Origin: Octopus sinensis
Lineage: Eukaryota
Direction: 5' to 3'
Length of the DNA: 64,000 nucleotides
NCBI RefSeq assembly: GCF_006345805.1
Contig: NC_043007.1
Location: 54,994,001 to 55,058,000, forward strand
Part shown: piece by piece, positions 11,861 through 25,255 of the stretch
Position numbering within the stretch: position 1 is the stretch's first letter
Layout of the letters: each line of letters opens with the position of its first letter
The notes under the pieces: model-generated
What the model was told of the DNA's origin: nothing
The model's database searches: none
Seen by the model: the letters and a program-made list of their open reading frames with translations, nothing else
Translations under genes and position numbers: made by a program

Positions 11861-14730
11861 AACACAACAAGGCGAGAATGAAGGTATAGCCGATCATGGT
11901 GAAGGTTTTCCACCCGGCACGTCCGAACGGTCGTTATGTCACAACAGATCACATACACAGTGTGCGCAAAACAGACATAAATGGAAGAAGGAAGAATACG
12001 ATACACTTATTGAATGTCATGAAAGAGCAAAGCTGGAAAGAAGTCGCGGATTAAGCCGACATACCTTGAAATTTTGGATGGAAAAGGACATGTGTTCAAT
12101 GTCAGAAAATAAACTAATGAACCAGGTGAAAGTGATTAGGAGAAATGGTTACTTAACTGGAGTAGAAATATCTCGGATTAGTGAGAGTCTGAGAGACCCT
12201 GCCGGTGGGCTACAACGGATAGTCGAAGTTGAAATCAGAGAGGTAGGAGTTGAAAGTAGGGAGAAGAATAGACAGGAGGAACAGTGGAATGGCGATGGGG
12301 CTGTTAAGGATGAGGAACGGGAACGTTATACAGTGAATCCTGATACGGTGTTGGGTGGACATGCAGGGGAAATGAACCAATTCGATAATGAATTGCTTGA
12401 AATTCAAAGACAACTCACCGACTTGAATGCTTCAGAAGAAAAAAATCCCCATGAATATGAGAAGAGTAGATAGGAGTATGATAAATAAAGTAACACAAAA
12501 GATAAATACTGTTATACCGTACATCCATACGGTGGACGTAACACAAACAAGGAATCTTCTCCGAGCTATTACGTTACTTGTTGAGGAGAAATTACAACTT
12601 AAGAGAACGAAAATGGTTGAGCAAAAGAAACATGGTGGAAACGACACATTGAAAGGGACATAATGCGGGCAAGGCAAGATCTAGGAAAAATTGAGCAATG
12701 GTTAAGAGGAAGCTGGAAAAATGGGAAAAAGACCGACCGAGAAAAATTAGAGAAGAAATATAAAATACGGAAGAACGGGTTTGATGCAGTAATAGAGCAG
12801 TTAAAACAGAGGATCATGGCAAAAAGCTAGAAGATCAGATTTGTGAACAGAAATAAGCAGTTCGAGGAGAACAGATTGTTCAAAAATAACCTGAAGCAAT
12901 TCTTCCGAACGTCAGAAAGAGACAATGGGGAAAATGTTGCTCTTGATGCAAATCAAGCCAAAAAGTTCTGGAGCGGATTATGGGGAAACAATGTGGTACA
13001 TAAAAGGGATGCTGTGTGGATAGGAACTATCAAGACAGAATTACATGGAGGAAAGCAAAGGAATATTATCATGAGCACGGGTGATGTGAAAGAACAAATG
13101 AGTAAAGTGCCTAACTGGAAAACCCCCCGGACCAGATGGGATTCATGGCTTCTGGCTGAAGAGATGCCATAAGGTGCATGAAAGACTAGCAGCCCAGTTG
13201 AATGAGTGTGTCCAGAAAGGTCCAGTCCCCCGCGTGGATGGTGACTGGAAGGACAACACTTGTAATGAAAGACAGAAGAAAGGGGAATATTGTGGGAAAC
13301 TACCATCCCATAGCATGCCTAAACATAATATGGAAGATACTCACTGGAATATGTGTGGCAAAGACATACACTTTCCTGGCACAGGAAGAAATACTACAAA
13401 AGGAACAAAAAGGATGTAGGAAGAGTTCTCAGGGTACAAGGATCACGTGGTCATCGATAAAAGAGTTTTGAGGCATTGTAAAAAGCGTCATACAAACATG
13501 TCTATGGCTTGGATTAGCTTTAAGAAAGCATATATGATGCCTCATTCTTGGATTGTTGAATGCCTGCAGATGTTTGGTGTTGCTGACATCACAAATTTTC
13601 TGATGCATAGCATGAAAGAGTGGAAAACCAAATTGTACTCAAGTAATATATTCCTTGGAGATGTTAATATTATAAGGGGAATCTTCCAAGGTGACTCGTT
13701 TTCTCCATTACTTTTTGTAATTGCACTAATACCCATAATAATGACACTTGTGTAAGTTAAGATGGGTTACCGATGTGGGAAGAAAGGCCCATCATTGAAC
13801 CATCTTCTGTTTATGGAGGACCTGAAATTGTTTGGGAAATCTGAAAAACAGAGATTCCTTAACCAAAATAGCCCAGAAGTGTGATAGGGACATCGGTATT
13901 GATGCTCAGTACTTAATATGAAAAGAGGGAAGAAAGCAGCCTGCAGAGGATTGCAGTTACCATCATTAGAGACCATGGGTGAACCCGACGGTAGTGGGTA
14001 TAGATATTTAGGGATTTTGGAGCTGGATGACATTCTACACAGAGAAATAAAAGTCAAAGTCAGCGAGGCGTATCAAAACAGGGTGAAGATGGTGTTGAAA
14101 CCTATCCTGAATACCAAAAGTTTGATTACCGCAATGAATATCTGGGCAGTTGCGGCGGTCAGATATGGTGCATACATCCTCAAATGGATTAAGGAGGAAA
14201 TATCAGCACTGGATAGGAGAAAAGAAAGTTCATGACGCTGCATGGGGCGCTACACCCCAAAGAAAACATAAACAGACTGTATATGAAAAGAAAGAATGGT
14301 GCAGAGGACTAATTAGTATAGATCATTGGATAAAGAGTGAAAGGAGAACGCTTACCGAGTATTTGATAAACAGTGATGAAGACCTGCTACAATATGCCGC
14401 GAAAGATATGGGTGTAAATGCGAATGAAATGATGGGCAAGGAAGAGTTTAACCAAAGAACCGAGAAGAGAAAAAAAAATCTTTTTGAAATGAGAATGCAT
14501 GGATGGTTTGAAAGGAATACACAAGACGTTAAGGATAATACAGTATCGAGGGCATGGCTTGAGAGAGGTGATCTGAAGCGTATCACCGAAAGCTTGATCA
14601 TTGCTGCACAAGACCAGGCTCTCGCAACCAATTCAGTGAAGTATAACATCTATAAAATTTCTGACACCCCGAAATGCAGACTCTATGGAAAGATTGTGGA
14701 AAATGTGACCCTCTTGATAAGTGGATGTTT
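11861..14730 (+). mobile_element. R4/Dong-like non-LTR retrotransposon, near-complete ORF, decayed, lacking REL domain
   Basis: KWKKEEYDTLIECH, PNWKTP, GNYHPIACL, EQKGCRK, RGIFQGDSFSPLLF, NHLLFMEDLKLF (YMDD equivalent), YRYLGI, ESLIIAAQDQAL and CRLYG...ISGC. Confidence 0.92.
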
Positions 14731-15319
14731 AATCGTTCTGTTGTACAACAATTAAACAAAAGATTCAATGGGCACATATTCAACGTCAGGCACAATAACA
14801 GTAGTTCGACAGAACTTGCTGAACACTTCGTTTCAAACGGCTGCAATTTTGAAAAAGACTTGAAAGTGTATATTCTCATAAAATATTCTGAGTCTGCTTC
14901 ATTTTCACTTCTCAGAATGCACGAGGAGAAATATGTTTGCGGGTTATTAACTCACGCCCTGGAGGAATGAATAAAATGACAGGAGAATATCATCAAATTT
15001 ATATAAAACTGTTTGATTAAATATTCTTCTTTTTCCATTTCTTTTTTCTTTCCACTTTTTTCTGTCTTTCACCTGTAATAAAATTGAAACTTAAAGACTG
15101 ATGATGTCATTCCATCAACGTGTAGACGCTGGTGCTCTCATTCATACTTTAAATTTAAATTTCTATAATTTTGAATTTTTATCACCTCTTATTTTGAACT
15201 TGACAAAGACAGACGTACTGTTGAAATATCGTTCAACCAATAAAATATCTATCACAATCAAATCGCGCCCTTCGTCTACACTGCTTACCTTTGTGAAGAG
15301 ATACGTCAATCCCTTTAAA

Positions 15320-15321
<2 letters not shown>
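14731..15321 (+). mobile_element. Penelope-like element 3' fragment (GIY-YIG C-terminal part plus terminal repeat)
   Basis: QQLNKRFNGH...ELAEHF...LRMHEEKYVCGL matches the PLE endonuclease C-terminus; HHR motif downstream. Confidence 0.75.
15194..15236 (+). ncRNA. Minimal type I hammerhead ribozyme (U3-A8 variant)
   Basis: Stem I TTGAAC/GTTCAA; core TTGACAA; stem II GACAG/CTGTT; GAAA; palindromic ATAT stem III; UC cleavage site. Confidence 0.65.

Positions 15322-15372
<51 letters not shown>
15322..15372. repeat. (TAA)n microsatellite
   Basis: Direct reading. Confidence 0.95.
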
Positions 15373-15373
<1 letters not shown>

Positions 15374-16002
15374 TAATACATAACAAACAACAACTGAAGG
15401 AGAGCTGACTATATTCAAGTGGTTTCTAAAATTTATTTTTTACATAAAAAATGTTGACAATAACTTCGAAGGTGACGGGTGTTAGGTACTAGATATATGC
15501 TTGGGACCCAATTTGTTGGAGGAATATAATTAGTAACTGTAGGAGTGTTGTAAAATGTAGTAGTCTCTGAAGCAAAGAAAAAACTGAGAAATAGAAATTA
15601 ATCTTAATAGAGAATTTAATGAACGAAGAGGGGGAAAAAAGAAGAAAATCCCTCCCCCCCCCAAGTAATAAAGGAGAAAAATTATTCTAAATTGGAGCTA
15701 AAATGTTTTGAATGGGAGAAAAGAAGGAAATAAAGATGGTGAAGTTGGGTGGGGTGGAGTAACGGTGGAAAATACCAAATATAGAATTCCACGTAAAAAA
15801 TTTTTCTGAAAAAATCTTTTTTTTTGATAAATGTGCTTTAGCTATTTAAATGAAATCTGTCATGCGTGGTGCTAAACAAAGATTTATAGAATCTGAAAAT
15901 ACGTACTTAAAAAGTTGACGTAGAACTACTAATTTTATTAATTTCAAATCTTGTCTATCACAGTATTTGATAAACAGTCATTAACATATACATATACATA
16001 TA

Positions 16003-16692
<690 letters not shown>

Positions 16693-16854
16693 ATACATAC
16701 ATACATGCATACTTGCATACAGATATATAAATCTATGTACATCTTTGTGCATATGGATGTATATATATGTGCATACATACATATATATACATATTTATCA
16801 ACGTATATATACATATATACATATTTATCAATGTATATACTTGCATACCACCAA

Positions 16855-17256
16855 GCACCCATGAAAACTGATAAAAGAGGTCTTGTTTCATCAGGGCAAC
16901 ACTCCAGCACTCAAGTCCTTGGTTTCAATGATTGCTGTGCGTGATTGTGGCTTTGAACCGGTTGATCACCGTCCCTGTTCTCATGATTTGGCCCCATCTG
17001 ATTATCATCTGTTCCCCAACACGAAAAAAAAAAAAAACCCGACTTGGCTGGGCATGAAGCATCGTAGTGATGACGTTATATCTGCTGTTGATTATTTTTG
17101 ATCAAGATTAAACCTTCTTCACCAATGGTATCCAAGTACTGCAATACCGACGGAAAAAGTGTTTGGATCGCAAGGGAGACTATGTTGAAAAATAAACCTC
17201 ATTTGGCCACATTCCTTTAGTTCATATAGCCTATGAACTTTTTAGCCGACCCTCGT
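16855..17256 (+). mobile_element. Mariner (DD34D) transposase 3' fragment with right TIR
   Basis: LFHQGNTPALKS...HRPCSHDLAPSDYHLF (degenerate YSPDLAPSD) and KCLDRKGDYVEK*; ends ...GCCGACCCTCGT. Confidence 0.9.
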
Positions 17257-17300
17257 CTGTATAAATTCATATATGTGTGTGCGTTGAGTGTGTGTGTGTG

Positions 17301-17302
<2 letters not shown>

Positions 17303-17331
<29 letters not shown>

Positions 17332-17593
17332 TGTATGTATGTATGTATGTATGTATGTATGTATGTATGTATGTATGTATGCATGCATGCATGCATGCAT
17401 GTATGTATGTATGTATGTATGTATGTATGTATGTATGTATGTATGTATGTATGTATGTATGTATGTATGTATGTATGTATGTATGTATGCATGCATGCAT
17501 GCATGCATGTATGTATGTATGTATGTATGTATGTATGTATGTATGTATGTATGTATGTATGTATGTATGTATGTATGTATGTATGTATGTATG
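17303..17593. repeat. (TATG)n with (CATG)n interruptions
   Basis: Direct reading; a higher-order duplication is visible. Confidence 0.95.
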
Positions 17594-17833
17594 TTACGGA
17601 GATGTACTTGTATACCAAGTGACCTGATATGAGATCGTGTGCTGAAACAAAAACTATTGCAGTGTGGAAGGTGTTTATAAGCCATTTAAAAACACACAAA
17701 ACCGTTAGATTCACTCCAACATTTAAATCTAATTTGTCAAAATATTTTCGTCGCTTTAAAACTGACAAAATTCTGTGCAGCACGGAATTTTGTCAGTGAA
17801 TCTAACGGTTTTGTGCGTTTTTAAATGGCTTAT

Positions 17834-17839
<6 letters not shown>
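17594..17839. repeat. Repeat fragment with nested inverted repeats
   Basis: 45-bp inverted repeat at 17671-17715/17795-17839 (1 mismatch); inner hairpin at 17761-17797. Confidence 0.7.
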
Positions 17840-17918
<79 letters not shown>

Positions 17919-17932
17919 CGTATATATATATA

Positions 17933-18360
17933 TCTATTATATAAAATCCGTTCTGTGTGTGTGTGTGTTTTCTAGGATCTCGGGCATCCTCCATCCGATT
18001 GCGCTCAAATTTGATATGTAGATACCGACGGTATCAGGGCGCGTATAAGTCTTGAGAAAATTACAAAAATTGATTCCAGGTGAGAATGCGATCGGTAAAG
18101 CCGTGGGAATGTGCTTTTCTTCCGTCAACCTGTACATAACTGCACCTTCCATTTTTTGTTGTTTTTTTTACTGCTTAAAGGCACGTTTCTTTCCTGCCAA
18201 GCTTACTGTTTAAACAATGTTTGTGTTCTCTCCAGCCTTATCATTACTGGTACTTTAAACTCTTCGGTTGCATATTTGTGTGAATAAAATCGTTTTTCTT
18301 TGGAATAGAAAAAAGTCTATCTTTATTTCTTCTTTTGCTGGTTTCTCAAATTTAGGTTAA
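17933..18360 (+). mobile_element. Possible non-autonomous Helitron 5' portion
   Basis: A|TCTATTATATAAAA start, short (TG)n, then CCGATTGCGCTCAAATTTG; no CTRR 3' end identified. Confidence 0.45.
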
Positions 18361-18479
18361 ATCAGTGATTCTCAAAGGGGATGCCTATGGGACGGTCGGA
18401 CAAGTTGTTTTGAGAAAATTTGGTTTAAATGTTTGACAACTCAGCACCGTCCACCGCTGGGGAGGGGGTCGTTTTTCTC

Positions 18480-18534
<55 letters not shown>

Positions 18535-18539
18535 CGTAT

Positions 18540-18726
18540 ATGTGTATCTCTGTTTGTCTCCCTATCATCGCTTGACAATCGATGTTGGTGTGTTTACGTC
18601 TTCGTAACGTGGCGATTCGGCAAAAGAGACCAATAGAAGAAGTACTAGGATTACAAAGAATAAGTCCTGGAGTCAATTTGTTCGACTAAAGGTGGCACTG
18701 CAGCATGGCTGCAGTCAAATGACAGA
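18540..18726 (+). mobile_element. SINE family A, 3' half
   Basis: CATCGCTTGACAATCGATGTTGG...GCAGTCAAATGAC. Confidence 0.85.
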
Positions 18727-18808
18727 CAATATTCTGCCAATATTCCTGCCACACATACTCACGCGTGTTTATTCACACTCATAAGAAAATATGTAACATA
18801 TGCATGTG

Positions 18809-18915
<107 letters not shown>

Positions 18916-19074
18916 CTCTCTCTCTACTCACACACGCACACATATACATACATAGACACATCCATGTATACACACACACACACATATGCGCGCGCGCATG
19001 TGTGTGTGTGTGTGTGGGATATGTATGTATGAATTTATATATATATATATATTTATATATATTTTCTTTTTGCT

Positions 19075-19470
19075 TTATTTAAGTTCTTGAGAGAGTTCAA
19101 ACCGGTTGCTAACAAAGCATAAAGACATTTTGAGTAAAGAGAGTTTCTGGTGTTTGTAAATATGTGATTGAGTTGTTGTGTTGGTTGAACTGTCAATGCA
19201 TTCCCCCAAGTGTGTGCATCTCGGATGGAGAATTTTTGAGATGCCAAACAAATCTTCACTGTGCCTCTAAGCGGTTGGATTTCAAGAATCAGTGTCAGGT
19301 TCTTTTGCTCTTTCGTGAAACCGAATATTTCTAGGTATTTGTGTAAATTTCTTGGTACCTAACCTAATGCACCTATGATGATAGGTGCACATGAGAATTC
19401 ATAGTCAGGGTACAAGAGCAGTAAGTTCCGCATTAATTCACCATGAATGTTCTCTTTTTCCCGGACTTTT
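19075..19470 (-). mobile_element. REL-class non-LTR retrotransposon 3' end
   Basis: Minus-strand KENIHGELMRNLLLLYPDYEFSCAPIIIGALG; 3' UTR ending AATAAAGCAAAAAG. Confidence 0.75.
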
Positions 19471-19600
19471 GATTGTATGTGTGTATGCACGCGCGCGCGC
19501 GCGCGCGCGTGTGTGTGTGTGTCTGTGCATGGAACGGAAATGAGCCTAGAAAAAATAATTCAGCGTGTGAAGTGACATGTGTTTCAACAATAAGATATAT

Positions 19601-19700
19601 NNNNNNNNNNNNNNNNNNNNNNNNNNNNNNNNNNNNNNNNNNNNNNNNNNNNNNNNNNNNNNNNNNNNNNNNNNNNNNNNNNNNNNNNNNNNNNNNNNNN
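19601..19700. other. Assembly gap (100 N)
   Basis: N run. Confidence 1.
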
Positions 19701-19941
<241 letters not shown>

Positions 19942-20744
19942 GGGGCTCTTTGGCTATGGCCGACCTATCTGTGAGTCCTGAAAGACAAAGGCCATGAAAT
20001 TACTCACCGAAAGAAAAAAAACCCCAACAAACTGTTAAGGCAGTTTCCGATATATTGGATTTACAACTGGGATGTGGTATCAGCTGGGAGGAGGTATCAG
20101 TTAGGAGGCAGTACTAGCTGAGGGGAGGTATCCGCTTGGGGTGAGTGGGTGAAGTAACAGTTATCGTGGGTTACGCATGTCATTGAATCTTTCTCAGCCA
20201 CAATAAGGATAATGATACGTAAGTGCTCGCAGTCAGCGAGTTTTAGGACGTCTGCGAATTCTGTTGCTGCTGCTCATTAAGAAGTAATCAAAGGGTAATT
20301 AAAAGGAAAGATGGTCATAATCGAATTTGATGGATAATCATCAAGTCTATCGATCGGTTCAATTCTCAGCCAGTCTGTCTATCGTTTTATATTTGTGCGC
20401 ACGTATGTCCATGTATATGTAACGACTTAATACTTTTTATAATGTCGCTAACCACATCTCACTACTCTGTCAAATTAATGATGATGACGTCATTAACCCG
20501 ATGAAGAGTTTAGTTATTAGGAGTGACTCAAAAGCATGATCAAAGATTCAGCTGATGTATCTTTACTAGATATCTCATTGGTTGGTGTTTCCTAATGGTG
20601 CTAAATCTTTGAATTGTATTATGAGGCTTCTTTCTTTGACCGAATAACTACAAATAATGAGAGATATAGCCAATCTACTAGAGAACTAGACACTGTCTAA
20701 ATGATTCCATGTCTCACATTCTCTCGACAGTTCATACTTCTTTC

Positions 20745-21070
20745 TTTTCCTCTGTTTTGTAAACTGGCACTCCGTTGGTTGTGACGACGAGGGTTCCAGT
20801 TGATCCGATCAACGGAACAGCCTGCTCGTGAAATTAGCAAGTAGCTGGGCACTCCATAGACACGTGTGCCCTTAACATAGTTCCCAGGGAGATTCAGCAT
20901 AACTCAAAATGCCACAAGGCCGGCCCTTTGAAATACAAGTACTACTCATTTTTCCCAGCTGAGTGGACTGGAGCAACGTGAAATAAAATATCATACTCAA
21001 GGACACAACACGCGTCTCCAGGAATTGAACTCACGACCTTTGATCGTGAACCGAATATCCTAAGCCTTCA
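20745..21070 (-). mobile_element. tRNA-derived SINE (family B)
   Basis: Minus-strand B-box-like GAGTTCAATTCC followed by a core-like CCTTGAGT...TTGCTCCAGTCCACTCAGCTG. Confidence 0.7.
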
Positions 21071-21229
21071 CTTCTATTTTGTATTTATGTCGTACTCACA
21101 CACACACGCACATTTACGTTTATAATTAGGCCAAGTAGTTTTATTTGTTTATTTGTATCATGTTCTCTATATGTACTCACCTGGATTCCTCTTATAGCGA
21201 CTCTTTACCCTGTGGAGTGTAAATTCAAA

Positions 21230-21275
<46 letters not shown>

Positions 21276-21292
21276 TCACACACACACACACG

Positions 21293-21348
<56 letters not shown>

Positions 21349-21904
21349 CCTCTGCCTCAATTTAAACTTGAATTCTTTCTTTTTACATTTAGAAAATTTT
21401 TGTAAGCAGTAAAACAGAATCTTTCAAATTGAGTGACGTCGTGAAAAATCTAACGGACGGTGTCCAACAACTATACCTCAAATTCTTTTACAGTCGTCGG
21501 CAAAAATTCTAACGAATGCAAAATCGTTGATTGAAAATCAATCAAGCTTTGATTAAGTTAAATATGGTTTATAAAAAGAATAACAAACAACAGGCAAAGC
21601 ACAGTTGAATACAGCTACAGATAGCTGGACAGACCGAGACTCAGCATGCGTTAAGTTAGGCAAAGTTGAATATTAATCGTTTTTGAACTGAACTGGTCAG
21701 TATGAACATTCTGCAACATCCAATGACCAATTTGCTACGAACACTCGTATTCACTTATCCACTCATTTTATATCTCGTTTTCATCTACACACAATCACAT
21801 CACATGTCCGATAGAATCAGGTCACAACGTTAATTTTATTTCCCCCATTTTGTCATTGCCTTTTCTCAGAACGGACGTGTTTCATGTCCAACTTCTTTTA
21901 CTTA

Positions 21905-22103
21905 TTTTACTTGTTTCAGTCATTTGACTGCGGCCATGCTGGAGCAGCGCCTTTAGTCTAACAAATCGACCCCAGAACTTATTCTTTGTAAGCCTAGTAG
22001 TTATTCTATCAGTCTGTTTTGCCGAACTGTTAAGTTACGCAGACGTAAATAAGCCAACGTCGGTTGTCTAGCGATGGCGGGGGGACAAACACAGACACAC
22101 ACA

Positions 22104-22180
<77 letters not shown>

Positions 22181-22193
22181 CACACACACACAC

Positions 22194-22265
<72 letters not shown>

Positions 22266-22530
22266 GTATGTGGAGGCGCAATGGCCTAGTGGTTAGGGCA
22301 GCGGAGTCGCGGTCGCAGGATCGCGGTTTCGATTTTAGCGAAAACACCTAAAAAGCTCCACGAGACTCCGGCAGGGGGTGGTGATCCCTGCTGTACTCTT
22401 TCACCACTCTTTCTTCTGTTGGCCTGCTCGCTTAGCCAGCGGAGTGGCGTCATTCGAAGGCTAAAACAATGCGAACGCATTGTGACCAGCGATGTGTTAC
22501 AACATCTGATGGTCTGGTCGGTCACGTGAT

Positions 22531-22597
<67 letters not shown>

Positions 22598-22757
22598 GAC
22601 GGGCTTCTTTCAGTTTCCGTCTACCAAATCCAATCACAAGACTTTGGTCGGCTCGAGGCTATAGTAGAAGACACTTGCCCAAGGTGCCACGCAGTGGGGT
22701 TGAACCCAGAACCATGTGGTTAGGAATAAAGCTTCTTACCACACAGCCACTCCTATG
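21905..22757 (-). mobile_element. SINE family A (full-length) interrupted by a nested SINE
   Basis: 3' half at 21905-22095 and head at 22595-22757; homologous to the copies at 16003 and 30912. Confidence 0.88.
22271..22539 (+). mobile_element. tRNA-derived SINE (family C) nested in the microsatellite of SINE A
   Basis: A-box TGGCCTAGTGG, B-box-like GGTTTCGATT, tail TCACGTGATCACGTGA; flanked by (TA)n. Confidence 0.75.
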
Positions 22758-23569
22758 ATGAATTTAAACGACAGACTACTCTTATTTTTCTTTGAACTCC
22801 CTCATCTTACACGCACGCACGCACATACGCGCACATTCACACATTATATTCACAGCTGCGTGTGAATATAATCACCAAAATTTCCATGAATTTCAAAAAA
22901 AAAATCCTTTTGGATTCTAAATTTCTTAAGCTGTCATATTCTCGCGGTCCACGTACTATCACCACGTCATCGAGTTACGATACTGTGTACATACATGCGT
23001 GCATACATACATACATACATACATACAAACATACATACATACATACATACATACATACATACATACATACATACATACATACATACACACATATTGCTTT
23101 TAGTTCGTCTGATCTTTACAGCGAATATAATGTTTGCTTAAAGACTATGCTTGACATAGCATTTAATGTTTTCTCATTAGAGTTTATTGGTTTGTCATTC
23201 TGTAAGAGACTGATCTATTTAATTTATTTAGCAATAAAAAGCTTCATCAATATTTTAATTGTATTTTAGGTTCCTAGTTTCTTTCTGTTCGTTATCCTTC
23301 TTTTTTATTCTGTCAATAATTACCAAATGAAGAAGCGGCTTTTTAAATGCGCTTAGCTTGCTAGCTGAATCTCTGGTCTTTTAGCGGGTTCTTAGTGTTT
23401 ACATTGACTACTAAATGTCATTTAGTGTCATTTTAGCCATTAAGTACCGTTGATTTGTATTCATGTGATTATATTCATCATAATAACTACATCTAAGCGA
23501 TGTAAAATTTGTCACGTGATGTCCATTATTAAAGTACTAATGCTGATAGATTCGGTGTCTGCATTTCAA

Positions 23570-24200
23570 TTTGTTCTGAGGCCTGATTCTAAAAGCCTGG
23601 TATGGAGCACTGACAACCTTATAACATCTCATTTAGAAGGTTACCTCCATGCGATCCTGGAGCAAAAGATCCCACCAATAACTTTTACACTCAAGACGAA
23701 AAGTATTAGCGGACAACAAATTTTGGTTATGCAAAGCCAAAATCGAAAATATTGGCCTCATCATTGCCAAATGTGAGTGTGTGTCCTCCAGATACTTTCT
23801 TCCTATGAGGCACGAGGCAGTAGCCAGAGCGATGTGGGGTATAATAAGAAAAGAATAACAGTCAATACAGACGAACAGATCGAGAGTGATGAATCAAAAG
23901 AATAGGGGGAAATTTAGGAATACAAAAGCAACTGGCCTAATATTGCTGTTTGGAAACGAAATAAAAACGTATTCTGTTGATGTCAGGGCTATATTTGATG
24001 TCAATATGGTAAGAAAATTATAGCTCAATGAAGATATTTATGGACCATTGATGAATCTACAAATGCAGTGCCCAGAGATTATAATATGCTAACAACTGCG
24101 CATTGGAACAAGATTGTAGACACCACACATTGACACCTAGCATCTAACATTTTACATTGAGTATTTTTCACCAAGCATCAGACAATACACAATGCATTCG
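23570..24200 (+). mobile_element. Highly decayed REL-class non-LTR C-terminal fragment
   Basis: ITSHLEGYLHAILEQ, YFLPMRHEAVAR, PNIAVW and EDIYGPLMNLQ; the last is similar to the 19.1-19.5 kb fragment. Confidence 0.65.
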
Positions 24201-24338
24201 AGCACTTGTCATGCGCAACGCCTTACACATTCCACCAATCTAGCTCTATCTATATGCATATCTATGGCTACTTTTGTTTTTGTATACACCTACCTATCTA
24301 TAGTCCATCAACCTATTTATACAATTACCAGAGTACTT

Positions 24339-24451
<113 letters not shown>

Positions 24452-24550
24452 CATACATGCATACCCACATACCCACCTACACATACACGCACATATATAA
24501 AGTCCATAAGTCAGAATAAATATAAACTAGTATATTTGTCAATATTGTGG

Positions 24551-25044
24551 GTATATTAAACAAAGTATACAGTATTATAGATCCATTTCAACCGATCTTA
24601 CCAATCGGTTTCGTATTGGATAATTGGATATTAAATAACATCTCGGTCAACTAACACCACGTACTCTTCAAAGATGGCAGGTATGGAAAACTATGGCGTC
24701 TGCTCTCTGTTATGAGCGGTGAAAAAAAATGTCCGGTTTGTATGTGCTGTGAAAAAAGAGGAAACGAAGTCGCAGGGGGAATACACATATACGAACCCTA
24801 GACACGTTAAACCTAGACTCCTTAAACCTTCTACCTGCATATATTTTCACCGCAAGACTTGTTGCATAACAACTATCTCAGATACTTTGGGAACAAGGAA
24901 ATCAACTTTTGATAAGCTCCTCGCGAATTTGACTTTCGTGACATTGTTTCATTCTGTTATCTAATATTCGAGTGTCTAACACTCAGCGCAAAACCGATTG
25001 GTAAGATTGGCTAAATGGATGTATGATTCTGTATATTTTGATTA

Positions 25045-25050
<6 letters not shown>
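24551..25050. mobile_element. MITE, ~500 bp, with ~60-bp imperfect TIRs
   Basis: Left ATTAAACAAAGTATACAG...ATCTTACCAATCGGTTT versus right AAACCGATTGGTAAGAT...CTGTATATTTTGATTAAT. Confidence 0.75.
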
Positions 25051-25090
<40 letters not shown>

Positions 25091-25107
25091 GCACACACAC
25101 ATACATC

Positions 25108-25255
25108 GCTCCAGTGCTTGACTAGTATTTATTTTATCGACCCATGAAAGGCAAAGTCGACCACGGCAGAATTTGAACTGAAAACATACAAACAGACGAA
25201 ATTCCGCTAAGCATCTTGTCTGGTGTGCTAACGATTCTGCTAGCTCTCAGCCTTA
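25108..25255 (-). mobile_element. MetaSINE-like SINE
   Basis: TTTTATCGACCC...GAAAGGCAAAGTCGACC...GAATTTGAACT...GCCTTA. Confidence 0.8.

Noticed and set aside
15098-15135. CTGATGA hammerhead core start
   Set aside because: No matching stem II plus GAAA downstream
20075-20145. Degenerate ~17-bp tandem repeat (GGTATCAGCTGGGAGGA)
   Set aside because: Ordinary short minisatellite without spacers; not CRISPR
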